Source: Acetobacteraceae bacterium (GTDB lineage: Bacteria; Pseudomonadota; Alphaproteobacteria; Acetobacterales; Acetobacteraceae). Taken from it: a DNA stretch of 64,000 nucleotides. Position numbers and translations under genes: made by a program. Every line of letters starts with the position of its first letter. Within the stretch, counting starts at the first letter, position 1. This document shows positions 31,201 to 40,322 of this stretch, one piece after another. The notes under the pieces are model-generated. The model did not search any database, was not told the DNA's origin, and saw nothing but the letters and a program-made list of their open reading frames with translations. The stretch is from the NCBI GenBank assembly GCA_035532755.1, contig DATKQI010000279.1, positions 2,203 through 66,202 of the forward strand, given 5' to 3'.

Positions 31201-31497
31201 TCAGGAAACGGGCGGCGGCGGGGCGGGCGAACGGGCGCGCAACTGCTCCACCTCGCTATCCAGCAGATGCAGCGCCGCCTCCGCCCGCCGCGCCCGGCGG
31301 CGCAGGCCGAAGGAGCCGAGCCAGACCAGCAGGCCGCCCAGCAGGAAGGCAAGCCCCATGGCCAGCAGGATGGTCAGCGACAGTGGGGCCTGGAGCGCGA
31401 AATTCGTCGGCCAGAGACCGAGATCCACGTTCTGGCGGTTCGACAAGGCGAACAGCACCAGCAACAGCAGCAACGGCAAGGCGAGGATCAGGCGCAA
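31201..31497 (-). CDS. LapA-family (DUF1049) small inner-membrane protein
   Basis: 98 aa with two TM segments and a short C-terminal coiled region. The position between ihfB and pyrF is conserved. Confidence 0.7.
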   Translation of the reverse strand: MRLILALPLLLLLVLFALSNRQNVDLGLWPTNFALQAPLSLTILLAMGLAFLLGGLLVWLGSFGLRRRARRAEAALHLLDSEVEQLRARSPAPPPPVS

Positions 31498-31509
31498 CCG
31501 GCCATCTCG

Positions 31510-31833
31510 TCAGGCGGACAGGCGTTCGGCCGGATTGGCGCCGCGGGCGGGCTTGCCGCGATTCACCCGTTCCCGCAACTCCTTGCCGGCCTTGAAGAAA
31601 GGCACCGCCTTCTCGTCCACCGGCACCGCGCCGCCGGTGCGGGGGTTGCGCCCGGTCCGCGCGCTGCGGTGCTTCACGGTGAAGGCGCCGAAGCCCCGCA
31701 GCTCCACCCGTTCGCCGCGGGCGAGGGCGATCGTGATCTCGTCAAAGATGGCGGCCACGATGGATTCCACATCCCGCGCCATCAGATGCGGGTTCGCCGT
31801 GGCCAATTCGGCGATCAATTCGGACTTGGTCAT
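31510..31833 (-). CDS. ihfB: integration host factor beta subunit
   Basis: Reads [11 protein letters not shown]...[10 protein letters not shown]...GRNPRTG. I chose the start at 31833; the upstream part of the track ORF is non-homologous. Confidence 0.9.
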   Translation of the reverse strand: MTKSELIAELATANPHLMARDVESIVAAIFDEITIALARGERVELRGFGAFTVKHRSARTGRNPRTGGAVPVDEKAVPFFKAGKELRERVNRGKPARGANPAERLSA

Positions 31834-32018
31834 GATTTCATGGCCGCCCACCGGGCCACCCCACCAATGTGAAGCCGCAACGTGCCAGAACGCAACCACA
31901 CCCGTCAAGCATAAGCCATTGGCAAGACAAGATTTTGAGGTGAGATTCGATTTGGCTTCGTACACAATTCGGGCGCCGCGGCATCGCCGCGGCGCCCGTT
32001 GGTCATGTTGGTGTCGGC

Positions 32019-33746
32019 TCAGTTCTCGGTCTGGGCCTGCTGGTTGCGTCGCCGGATGGCCGCTCCCAGGATGTCGCCAAGCGAGGCGCCGGAGTCCGAG
32101 CTGCCATATTCGACGATGGCCTGCTTGTCCTCCTCCATCTCCTTGCCCTTGATGGTGAGCGAGAGCTTGCGTGCCGCACGATCCACCGCGGTGATCTTCG
32201 CGTCCACCTTCTCGCCCACGGCGAAGCGGTCGGGTCGCTGGTCGGACTTGTCGCGGGCGAGTTCGGCGCGGCGGATGAAGCCGGTCAACACCTCGTCCAC
32301 CTTCACCTCGATGCCGTTGGACTGCACCGCCGTCACCACGCAGGTGACGATGTCGCCCTTGTGCACCTTGTCCAGCACGCTCGCCGCAGGATCGTCCTGC
32401 AACTGCTTGATGCCGAGGCTGATGCGTTCCTTTTCTACATCAACGTCAAGCACTTTCGCCTTGATGATGTCGCCCTTGTTGTACTTCGCCATGGCGAGTT
32501 CGCCCGGCTCGTCCCAAGACAGGTCGGACATGTGGATCATGCCGTCGATATCCGCCGACAGGCCGATGAACAGGCCGAACTCGGTGATGTTGCGGATCTC
32601 GCCCTCGACCTCGGTGCCGACCGGATGGTCGTCCACGAACTGTTCCCAGGGGTTGCGGCTGACCTGCTTGAGGCCGAGCGAGATGCGGCGCTTGGAGGCG
32701 TCCACATCCAGCACCATCACCTCCACTTCCTGGCTGGTGGCGACGATCTTGCCCGGATGGACGTTCTTCTTGGTCCAGGACATCTCCGAGACGTGCACGA
32801 GCCCCTCGACCCCCGGCTCCAGCTCCACGAAGGCGCCGTAGTCGGTGATGTTGGTGACACGGCCGGAGAACTTCACTCCCGCCGGATACTTGGCGGCCAC
32901 GCCCTCCCACGGATCGGCTTCGAGCTGCTTCATGCCGAGGCTGATGCGCTGGGTCTCCGGGTTGAACCGGATCACCTGCACCTTCACCGGCTGGCCGATC
33001 TGCAGCGCCTCGTTCGGGTGATTGATGCGGCGCCAGGCGATGTCGGTCACGTGGAGCAGGCCATCGACGCCGCCCAGATCGACGAAGGCGCCATAGTCGG
33101 TGATGTTCTTCACTACGCCGTCCAGGATCATGCCTTCCTTCAGGCCCTGGATCAGTTCGCTGCGCTGCTCGGCCCGGGTCTCCTCCAGCACGGCGCGTCG
33201 GGAGACGACGATGTTGCCGCGTGCGCGGTCCATCTTGAGGATCTGGAAGGGCTGCGGGGTACCCATCAGCGGGCCGACATCACGCACCGGGCGGATATCG
33301 ACCTGGCTGCCGGGCAGGAACGCGACCGCCCCGCCCAGATCGACGGTGAATCCGCCCTTCACCCGGCCGTAGATCGCGCCGTTGACGCGCTGGTTGCCCT
33401 CGAACGCCTTTTCAAGATTGGTCCAGGCCTCCTCGCGCCGTGCCTTCTCGCGCGAGAGCACGATGGAGCCATCCCGGTCCTCGTAGCGTTCCACGTACAG
33501 TTCGATCACGTCGCCGGGCTTCACCTCGGGCTTCGCGCCCGGGGGAGCGAATTCCTTGAGCGCGACGCGCCCCTCGCTCTTCAGCCCGACATCGACGATG
33601 GCGAACTCGTCGGTCAGGCGCACCACGCGGCCGGTGACGACGGAGCCTTCGAACCCGGAATCCCGTCCGAGCGTCTCGTCCAGCAGGGAGGCGAAATCTT
33701 CCTCGGGCCGGGTTGCGGCGCGGGTGGCAGTGGCTGCGGATGCCAT
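32019..33746 (-). CDS. rpsA: 30S ribosomal protein S1
   Basis: Six S1 repeats with repeated [14 protein letters not shown] motifs. ATG at 33746. Confidence 0.95.
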   Translation of the reverse strand: MASAATATRAATRPEEDFASLLDETLGRDSGFEGSVVTGRVVRLTDEFAIVDVGLKSEGRVALKEFAPPGAKPEVKPGDVIELYVERYEDRDGSIVLSREKARREEAWTNLEKAFEGNQRVNGAIYGRVKGGFTVDLGGAVAFLPGSQVDIRPVRDVGPLMGTPQPFQILKMDRARGNIVVSRRAVLEETRAEQRSELIQGLKEGMILDGVVKNITDYGAFVDLGGVDGLLHVTDIAWRRINHPNEALQIGQPVKVQVIRFNPETQRISLGMKQLEADPWEGVAAKYPAGVKFSGRVTNITDYGAFVELEPGVEGLVHVSEMSWTKKNVHPGKIVATSQEVEVMVLDVDASKRRISLGLKQVSRNPWEQFVDDHPVGTEVEGEIRNITEFGLFIGLSADIDGMIHMSDLSWDEPGELAMAKYNKGDIIKAKVLDVDVEKERISLGIKQLQDDPAASVLDKVHKGDIVTCVVTAVQSNGIEVKVDEVLTGFIRRAELARDKSDQRPDRFAVGEKVDAKITAVDRAARKLSLTIKGKEMEEDKQAIVEYGSSDSGASLGDILGAAIRRRNQQAQTEN

Positions 33747-33965
33747 GTGGTGGTGTGTGTCCTGTGCGGCGCCGGCCTTGCCAGGCGCCCTGGGTGTGCG
33801 CGCTCCTTGTGGAACACGGCTTGCCCGCGCGGTGGCGGGCTGGTTGAACGGTGGCGCCGATCGGCGCGGGTGGAGGCGGAGCATGGCGGAGGCGTGCCAG
33901 ACGGATACGCGCAGCACCGCCGCCGGGACGATCACATAAGGGGTAGGGCCAGGGAGTGCAAGTCG

Positions 33966-33984
33966 GGCCGATCCCGAATCGGCC
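33966..33984 (-). terminator. hairpin (7-bp stem GGCCGAT/ATCGGCC, 5-nt loop) just downstream of the MFS gene; no U-tract
   Basis: Read directly. It lies 10-28 nt after the MFS stop codon. Confidence 0.3.
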
Positions 33985-33993
33985 ACTCCTTGC

Positions 33994-35253
33994 CTATGCG
34001 GGCGCAGGCCGCGGTTGGGTGCGGCCGATGAACGTCACCATGACGGAGGCACCCAGGCACAGCACGCCGGCCAGGATGAAGGCTTGCAGGTAGGTGCCGA
34101 GATCGGTGCGCATCAGCCCCGCCGCATAAGCCGCGCTGGCCGCGCCGATCTGATGCGCGGCGGCGATCCAACCGAACATGATCCCCGCCCGTTCCCGCCC
34201 GAACGCATTGGCCGCCAGCCGAACCGTGGGCGGCACGGTCGCGATCCAGTCAAGCCCATAGAACACGGCGAACACCGACAGCCCCCAGAACGAGAAGCGG
34301 AAGGCGAACGGCAGGAAAACCAAGGACAATCCCCGCAACCCGTAGTACCACGCCAGCAGCAACCGGTTGTCCATCCGGTCCGACAGCCAGCCGGAGAAGG
34401 TGGTGCCGAAGAAATCGAACACCCCCATAGCCGCCAACAGCCCGGCGGCGGTGACTTCCGGGATGCCGTGATCGATGCAGGCGGGGATGAGGTGCGTGCC
34501 GATCAACCCGTTGGTCGAGGCGCCGCAGACGAAGAAACTGCCGGCCAGAAGCCAGAAATCGCGTGACCGCAGCCCGTCGCGCAGCGCCTCCAGCGCGATG
34601 CGGGCAGGGTTGCCGGTCACGGGCGCGGGGGGCGGCGTGCTGGCGGCTTCGCCGTAACGGGTGGCGCCGACTTGCGCCGGATGGTCGCGCATCAGCAGCG
34701 CCACCAGCGGCAGCAGCAGCACCGCGACAGCCGCAACGGTGAGAGATACCGCGCGCCAGCCGAAATGCACGGCGATGGAGGCCAGCAGCGGCAGGAAGAT
34801 AAGCTGTCCGGTGGCGGAACTCGCGGTCAGCGCCCCCATCACCAGACCCCGTTGCGCGCTGAACCAGCGGGAGACCACGGTTGCACCCAGCACCATCGCT
34901 GTCATGCCGGTGCCGGAGCCGACCACTACGCCCCATAGCGCGATCAGTTGCCACGGTTCCCGCATCAGCGGAGTGACCGCCACACCGGCCGCGATCAGCG
35001 CCAGCGCCCCCAGCATGGTGCGGCGGATACCGAAACGCTCCATCACCGCCGCAGCGAACGGTCCAATCATGCCGTAGAGGAAGATGTTGACGGCGATGGC
35101 GAGCGAGATGGTGGCGCGCGACCAGTGGAACTCGCTCTGCAACGGCACGATGAGCACGCTGGGGGTCGCCCGCACTCCGGCCGCTACGAGCATGACAAGG
35201 AAGGTGATGGCCGCAATGATCCACGCGTAATGCAAACGCTTCAGGCGACGCAT
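33994..35253 (-). CDS. MFS transporter
   Basis: About 12 TM segments. I chose the start at MRRLKRLHYAWII. It is divergent from a TetR regulator. Confidence 0.85.
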   Translation of the reverse strand: MRRLKRLHYAWIIAAITFLVMLVAAGVRATPSVLIVPLQSEFHWSRATISLAIAVNIFLYGMIGPFAAAVMERFGIRRTMLGALALIAAGVAVTPLMREPWQLIALWGVVVGSGTGMTAMVLGATVVSRWFSAQRGLVMGALTASSATGQLIFLPLLASIAVHFGWRAVSLTVAAVAVLLLPLVALLMRDHPAQVGATRYGEAASTPPPAPVTGNPARIALEALRDGLRSRDFWLLAGSFFVCGASTNGLIGTHLIPACIDHGIPEVTAAGLLAAMGVFDFFGTTFSGWLSDRMDNRLLLAWYYGLRGLSLVFLPFAFRFSFWGLSVFAVFYGLDWIATVPPTVRLAANAFGRERAGIMFGWIAAAHQIGAASAAYAAGLMRTDLGTYLQAFILAGVLCLGASVMVTFIGRTQPRPAPA

Positions 35254-35292
35254 GGCCAACTCCTCGACAGACTCGCTCCGGGGCTGTATGAG

Positions 35293-35319
35293 AGAGACAG
35301 GTCTGTCTCTTGTCAAGAG
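35293..35319. promoter_or_regulatory. candidate TetR operator: palindromes AGAGACAG-GT-CTGTCTCT and overlapping CTCTTG-T-CAAGAG
   Basis: Perfect inverted repeats read in the 107-bp MFS/TetR divergent spacer. Confidence 0.4.
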
Positions 35320-35360
35320 CGGGATGAAGTGCGAGGCGTGTTGAAGCACGGAGCGGAAGC

Positions 35361-35966
35361 ATGACGGAAGCGGTGCTGCGCGTGCCCGTGCGGGAGCGGA
35401 TCCTGCGCACGGCGGCCCGGTTGTTCTACCGGCACGGGGTGCGTGCCGTGGGGATCGATACCATCATCGCCCGTTCCGGCGTGGCGAAGATGAGCCTCTA
35501 TCGCAGCTTCGCCTCGAAGGACGAACTGGTGGCGGCGTGGCTCGCCGAGCGCAATGTGGCGTTCTGGCGTCGCTGGGATGCGGCCGTGGCGGCTGCCGGA
35601 GAGGATCCGCGGGCAGGGCTGGAGGCGATCCTCGACATGGTGGCCGCGAGGGTTGCCGCCCCGGCCTGGCAGGGCTGCCCGTTCCTGAAGACCTGGGCGG
35701 AGTTTCCCGAAGGCGTGCATCCGGCCCGGCAGGTCATCGAAGCGAACCGGGTGGGGGTGCATGTCCGTCTTGCGGCCCTCGCGCAGGCCACCGGCGCGCG
35801 CGATCCGGCGCTGCTGGCGGACCAGTTGCAGGTGCTGATCGATGGTGCCTACATCAATGGACAGACCCATGGCCCGGGCGGACCCGCGTGTTGCGTGGCC
35901 GGCGCGGGGCGGGTGCTGATCGCCGCGCAAATCGGCAGACCGGACGGGGTGGGCGCGCCGATCTGA
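35361..35966 (+). CDS. TetR/AcrR family transcriptional regulator
   Basis: N-terminal HTH RILRTAARLFYRHGVRAVGIDTIIARSGVAKMSLYRSF. Confidence 0.9.
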   Translation: MTEAVLRVPVRERILRTAARLFYRHGVRAVGIDTIIARSGVAKMSLYRSFASKDELVAAWLAERNVAFWRRWDAAVAAAGEDPRAGLEAILDMVAARVAAPAWQGCPFLKTWAEFPEGVHPARQVIEANRVGVHVRLAALAQATGARDPALLADQLQVLIDGAYINGQTHGPGGPACCVAGAGRVLIAAQIGRPDGVGAPI

Positions 35967-35977
35967 GGTGTGCGTGA

Positions 35978-36298
35978 TGTCCGCGGCGGGATTCGAACCC
36001 ACGGCCCCAGGATTCATCCCACTTCGGCTTTCGCCGCCGCCGCGGGGCCTGCCCGTTGCGTTCGTGGTCTGGACTGTCCCTTCACCCTGGGCCGAGGGCG
36101 GTGTGTGCCCGGCCTTTAGGTGCCGCCCGTCCAGTCTCTACACCTTCCCGGGAAGGTCCCGGGCTTGGCTCGGGATCGGCAGGGCGCATCGGGCGCCACA
36201 GCTTTCCCCGACTTTGAGCGGTTCCGCCGCACCGTTTCCGCGTGCGACGCCCAGTTCGACAAGGAATCCTGTGCTCTATCCTGCTGAGCTACGCGGAC
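35978..36298 (-). tRNA. tRNA-Arg(CCU) gene split by a group I intron (5' exon 36298-36262, 3' exon 36014-35978)
   Basis: The joined exons give a 74-nt cloverleaf: acceptor GTCCGCG/CGCGGAC, D arm GCTC-AGCAGGATA-GAGC, anticodon stem CAGGA/TCCTG with loop TTCCTAA, T arm GTGGG-TTCGAAT-CCCGC, discriminator A. CCA is not encoded. Confidence 0.88.
36015..36261 (-). ncRNA. group I intron (IC3-like, 247 nt, no ORF) inserted between tRNA positions 36 and 37
   Basis: The 5' exon ends in U and the intron ends in G (GGGATG). The core strings GAGCCAAGC and GAAGGTGTAGAGACTGGACGG...CACCTAAAGGC closely match the Azoarcus tRNA-Ile intron core as I recall it. The P2-like hairpin carries a GGAAAC loop. Confidence 0.85.
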
Positions 36299-36367
36299 AA
36301 CGCGGCCGGACCATAAGGGGCCGAGGGACCGGGGGCAAGCGGGACAAAAAGGCGCCGCGACCGCAGA

Positions 36368-37285
36368 TTAGCGTTGCGGCATACCCTTCGGCACCATCGT
36401 CCGCACGATCGAGGCATCCAGCGCTTCGTATCCGGCATAGTCGATCGTTTCGTACAGCTCCGTTCGCGTCAGCATCCGGTCGATCTGGTTGTGCGCCCCG
36501 CCGTCATGCGCGATTGCGGCATATAGCGATTCCTGCGCCTTCGCCGCCACCCGCAGCGCGCTCACCGGCCAGATCACCATGCGGTAGCCCATCGCTTCGA
36601 ATTCCGCGGCGGTGAAGAACGGCGTCCGGCCGAACTCGGTCATGTTGGCGAGCAGCGGCGCGCTTACCCGTGCGGCGAATGTACGGAACATCTCAGCTGT
36701 GGTCAGTGCCTCGGGGAAGATCGCGTCCGCGCCGGCTTCCAAGTACAGTTTCGCGCGCGCCACCGCCCCATCCATGCCCTCGCTCGCCGCGGCGTCGGTG
36801 CGGGCAATGACGAAAAGATGCCGCCGCGCTTTTGCCGCCGCCGCCACCTTGGCTGCCATGTCATGCGGATCGGCGAGCTTCTTGTCGTTCAGATGGCCAC
36901 ATTTCTTCGGCAGCAGCTGATCCTCGATATGCACCGCTGCTGCGCCGGCCTCCTCGAAGGAGCGCACCATGTGCATCACGTTCAGCGCCTCGCCATAGCC
37001 GGTATCGCCGTCGACCAGCACGGGCAGGCCGCTCGCGCGCGCCACCTGCCGGATGTGGAAGCCGACCTCGTCAACCGTGATCACGCCCAGATCCGGAAGG
37101 CCCATCTGCGCGCTCATCGCGGCACCCGAGAGATAGAGTGCGTGGAATCCGGCACGCCTGGCCTGCAATGCCGCGAGCCCGTTCGGCGCGCCCGGAATGC
37201 GCAGGATGCCCGGTTGTGCCAGCAGCGCGCGAAAGCGGTCCCCGGCCAGGGCGGAAGGAGTGTCGGCGGCGACCAGATAGCTCAT
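36368..37285 (-). CDS. prpB: 2-methylisocitrate lyase (isocitrate lyase/PEP mutase family)
   Basis: DGDTGYG, KKCGH and MTEFGRTP motifs. Confidence 0.8.
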   Translation of the reverse strand: MSYLVAADTPSALAGDRFRALLAQPGILRIPGAPNGLAALQARRAGFHALYLSGAAMSAQMGLPDLGVITVDEVGFHIRQVARASGLPVLVDGDTGYGEALNVMHMVRSFEEAGAAAVHIEDQLLPKKCGHLNDKKLADPHDMAAKVAAAAKARRHLFVIARTDAAASEGMDGAVARAKLYLEAGADAIFPEALTTAEMFRTFAARVSAPLLANMTEFGRTPFFTAAEFEAMGYRMVIWPVSALRVAAKAQESLYAAIAHDGGAHNQIDRMLTRTELYETIDYAGYEALDASIVRTMVPKGMPQR

Positions 37286-37301
37286 CGGGCGGGCTCCGGG
37301 A

Positions 37302-38726
37302 TCAGACGAAAAACAGCAGCGTCAGCAGGGCGTAAACCGGCAGCAGGATACCCGCAACCCAGCCGATGTAGCCGAAGAAGCCCGGCATGCGGATGCCACG
37401 GTGCGCTGCGATCGACTGCACCATCATGTTCGGCGCGTTGCCTATATAGGTCAGCGCGCCGAAGAAGTTCGCCCCCGCCGCGATGGCCACCAGCAGATGG
37501 TTCAGCCTGCCGGTCAGCACGGCCGCGTCCCCGCCGGCCATCTGGAAGAACACGAGATAGGCCGGCGCGCTGTCCAGGAATGCCGAGACCACGCCGCTCA
37601 ACCAGAAATACATCGCCGCGACAGGCTGGCCGGCGGCATTCTCGGTCAGCCGCAGCAGGGGTGCCGCGGGGCCGTGCAGCCCCGCCGAAAGAATGGCGAG
37701 CATCGGCGTGATCGTGATGAAGATCGCGGCAAACAGCTTCGCCACTTCCGCCATCGGCGCCCACGCGAACATGTTGGCCTGCCGGACCGCAAGCGGTGTG
37801 AACCGGATCGACACCAGCGTGACCAGGAGGAATACGGCGATCGCCATCAACTGTTGGATGCCGACGGGCTGGCCGAGCAGCCTCACGCGTCCAGGTGTCC
37901 AGAGCCCTTGCAACAAAACCGCCCCAACCACCAATACCAGCAGCGCGATGTTGCCTGTTCCGCGCAGCCGCAGGCGCCCGGTCGGCGGGGAAGCCGGTTC
38001 CGAGGCCGCAAGATGCCGGTCATAGGCATGGAAGGCCGCCAGAAGGATGGCCGCGACCACCAGCATAGGCGCCAGCAGATAGCGGATCGGCCAGAAGAAC
38101 GGCACGCCTTCCAGGAACCCGACATATTGCGGCGGATTGCCCAGTGGCGAGGTGACACCCCCGACATTCGCGACCAGGATGATGAAGAACATCACCAGAT
38201 GCGTTTTGCGGGCCCGGTGCGCGTTGCTGCGCAGCAGAGGATGGATCAGTACCATCGCGGCCCCCGTCGTGCCCATCACGCCGGCGAGTGCGGTGCCGAT
38301 GGCGAGCAGCAGCGTGTTGCCCGCCGGCCGCCCCCAGGGTCCGCCCTGGACCAGGATGCCGCCGCCCACGGTGAACAGCGCCAGCAGCAGGGTCACGAAG
38401 GGCAGATATTCCAGCAGCAGGGCGCGCCAGACTTCCGCCGCGGTCATTGCCATGCCCTGATGCAATGCCTGCGGCACCACCAGAAGGGCGATCCACACCA
38501 GGCAGACCGTCCCCATGCGCCGATGCCACAGGCGGGGCGCAAACATCGGGAACAGCCCGATCGAGGCAAGCACTCCGAGGAACGGCACCCCCCAGATCAG
38601 GCCTGGAAGCGGCGTCGCTCCTTGCGCAGCCCAGCATCGCACCGGCACAAGGGTTGCGATGACCGCCGTGAGAGCCGACATCACGGGCACCTGATGCCGG
38701 TACGGCAGGCGGCGGCTTGGTTGCAT
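37302..38726 (-). CDS. ArsB/NhaD-superfamily permease (sodium:proton antiporter / citrate-transporter-like)
   Basis: Polytopic membrane protein. The start is uncertain (38726 or 38681). The N-terminal 78 codons of the track ORF overlap the coxG promoter region. Confidence 0.7.
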   Translation of the reverse strand: MQPSRRLPYRHQVPVMSALTAVIATLVPVRCWAAQGATPLPGLIWGVPFLGVLASIGLFPMFAPRLWHRRMGTVCLVWIALLVVPQALHQGMAMTAAEVWRALLLEYLPFVTLLLALFTVGGGILVQGGPWGRPAGNTLLLAIGTALAGVMGTTGAAMVLIHPLLRSNAHRARKTHLVMFFIILVANVGGVTSPLGNPPQYVGFLEGVPFFWPIRYLLAPMLVVAAILLAAFHAYDRHLAASEPASPPTGRLRLRGTGNIALLVLVVGAVLLQGLWTPGRVRLLGQPVGIQQLMAIAVFLLVTLVSIRFTPLAVRQANMFAWAPMAEVAKLFAAIFITITPMLAILSAGLHGPAAPLLRLTENAAGQPVAAMYFWLSGVVSAFLDSAPAYLVFFQMAGGDAAVLTGRLNHLLVAIAAGANFFGALTYIGNAPNMMVQSIAAHRGIRMPGFFGYIGWVAGILLPVYALLTLLFFV

Positions 38727-38775
38727 GCCCCCAACCCTGCAAGTAACGTCCGGTGCGCGCAAGGAGAACAGCCTC

Positions 38776-39420
38776 ATGGACATGACCGGCGAGCGGCGTA
38801 TTCCGGTACCGCGGCAAAAAGTATGGGAAGCGCTGAACGACGCGGCGATCCTGAAGGCCTCCATTCCCGGCTGCGAGACCATGGAGAAGCTGTCCGATAC
38901 CGAATTGAAGGCCACGGCGGCGGTGAAGATCGGCCCCATCGCGGCGCGCTTCACCGGCAAGGTGCAGCTCAGCGATCTTGATCCGCCGAACGGCTACACC
39001 ATCAGCGGCGAGGGCCAGGGGGGCGTGGCCGGTTTTGCCAAGGGCGGTGCGGCGGTGCGGCTGACCGATGAGGCCGGCGAGACGCTGTTGAGCTATGATG
39101 TGAAGGCCCAGGTGGGCGGCAAGATCGCCCAGCTCGGCGCGCGGCTGATCGATGCGTCCGCGAAGCAGATGGCGGATGCGTTCTTCGATCGGTTCACCGC
39201 ATTGCTCAGCCCCGAACCGGCGGCCGTGGTCTCGCCCGAGGATGCGCTGGCCGAGCAGCCGCTCGGCATTCCACCGGCGCTGATGCAGGCCGAGCCGGCG
39301 CGGGTCAGCCTGTTCGCCATGTTGCCCGAGGAGCCGATGGGCCTGCCCATGGTCGCCTGGGTCGGCGGCGTGATCTGTTTTGCCATCATCGTCCTGATCT
39401 TCGGAAGATACGTCTTTTGA
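38776..39420 (+). CDS. coxG: CoxG-family SRPBCC protein with C-terminal membrane anchor
   Basis: Reads MDMTGERRIPVPRQKVWEALND...GFAKG. The C-terminus has a hydrophobic tail VAWVGGVICFAIIVLIF. AAGGAG lies upstream of the ATG at 38776. Confidence 0.8.
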   Translation: MDMTGERRIPVPRQKVWEALNDAAILKASIPGCETMEKLSDTELKATAAVKIGPIAARFTGKVQLSDLDPPNGYTISGEGQGGVAGFAKGGAAVRLTDEAGETLLSYDVKAQVGGKIAQLGARLIDASAKQMADAFFDRFTALLSPEPAAVVSPEDALAEQPLGIPPALMQAEPARVSLFAMLPEEPMGLPMVAWVGGVICFAIIVLIFGRYVF

Positions 39421-40322
39421 TCCCGACCACCGTTTCCGAAACCGCGGCCCTGCTCGCCGGGCAGGGTTATGTGGCCAGCCGCGATCTGGCCACGACCGTT
39501 CATCTGGCGCTTTCACTCGGCCGGCCGCTGTTCCTGGAGGGCGAGCCCGGCACCGGCAAGACAGAGATCGCCAAGGTGCTGGCTACCGGCTTGGGCCGGC
39601 GGCTGGTGCGGCTGCAATGCTATGACGGCATGGATCTTGCGGCCGCCGCTTATGAATGGGACCATGCGCGGCAGTTGATGGCGATCCGCATGGCGGAAAC
39701 CGCGGGCCAGACCGATCGCAGCACGCTGGCGCGGGATATCTATGCCCGGGAGTTCCTTCAGGCCCGCCCGCTGCTCTCGGCGATCGACCCGGACCTGCCG
39801 CCGGCCGTGCTGCTGATCGACGAGCTCGACCGCGCCGACGAGCCGTTCGAGGCATTCCTGCTGGAGCTGCTCGCCGACTTCCAGATCACCATCCCGGAAT
39901 ACGGCACCATTCGCGCGACGACCCCGCCGGTTGTGGTGCTGACGTCCAACCGCACGCGCGAGGTGCATGACGCGATCCGCCGCCGCTGCCTGTACCAGTG
40001 GGTGGACTATCCCGACGCCGCGCGCGAGCGGGCCATTCTGCGGGCGAAGGCGCCGAACGTGCCGGCGCTTCTGTCGGCCCAGGTGGTGGCCTTCGTACAG
40101 CGCCTGCGGGAGGTCGATCTGTTCAAACTGCCCGGCGTGGCGGAGACGATCGATTGGGCAGGTGCGCTCACCCATCTCGATCAGCACGAGCTGGCAGCTG
40201 GGTCGGTCGATGAGACGCTTGGTGTTTTGTTGAAATATCAAGATGATATCGCCAAAATCAAAGGTGCCGAGGCGGCTCGCCTGGTAGGTGAGGCGCAGGA
40301 AGCGACGGCCCACGCGGCATGA
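39417..40322 (+). CDS. MoxR-family AAA+ ATPase (CoxD-like)
   Basis: Walker A GEPGTGKT and Walker B LLIDELDRA. Followed by a VWA protein. Confidence 0.85.
   Translation: MIPTTVSETAALLAGQGYVASRDLATTVHLALSLGRPLFLEGEPGTGKTEIAKVLATGLGRRLVRLQCYDGMDLAAAAYEWDHARQLMAIRMAETAGQTDRSTLARDIYAREFLQARPLLSAIDPDLPPAVLLIDELDRADEPFEAFLLELLADFQITIPEYGTIRATTPPVVVLTSNRTREVHDAIRRRCLYQWVDYPDAARERAILRAKAPNVPALLSAQVVAFVQRLREVDLFKLPGVAETIDWAGALTHLDQHELAAGSVDETLGVLLKYQDDIAKIKGAEAARLVGEAQEATAHAA

Noticed and set aside
35968-36615. 215-aa plus-strand ORF over the tRNA-Arg/intron region.
   Set aside because: It lies antisense to a well-formed tRNA with a group I intron and to the 3' end of prpB. Its composition is Pro/Arg/Ser-rich, it carries no motif, and it has no SD.
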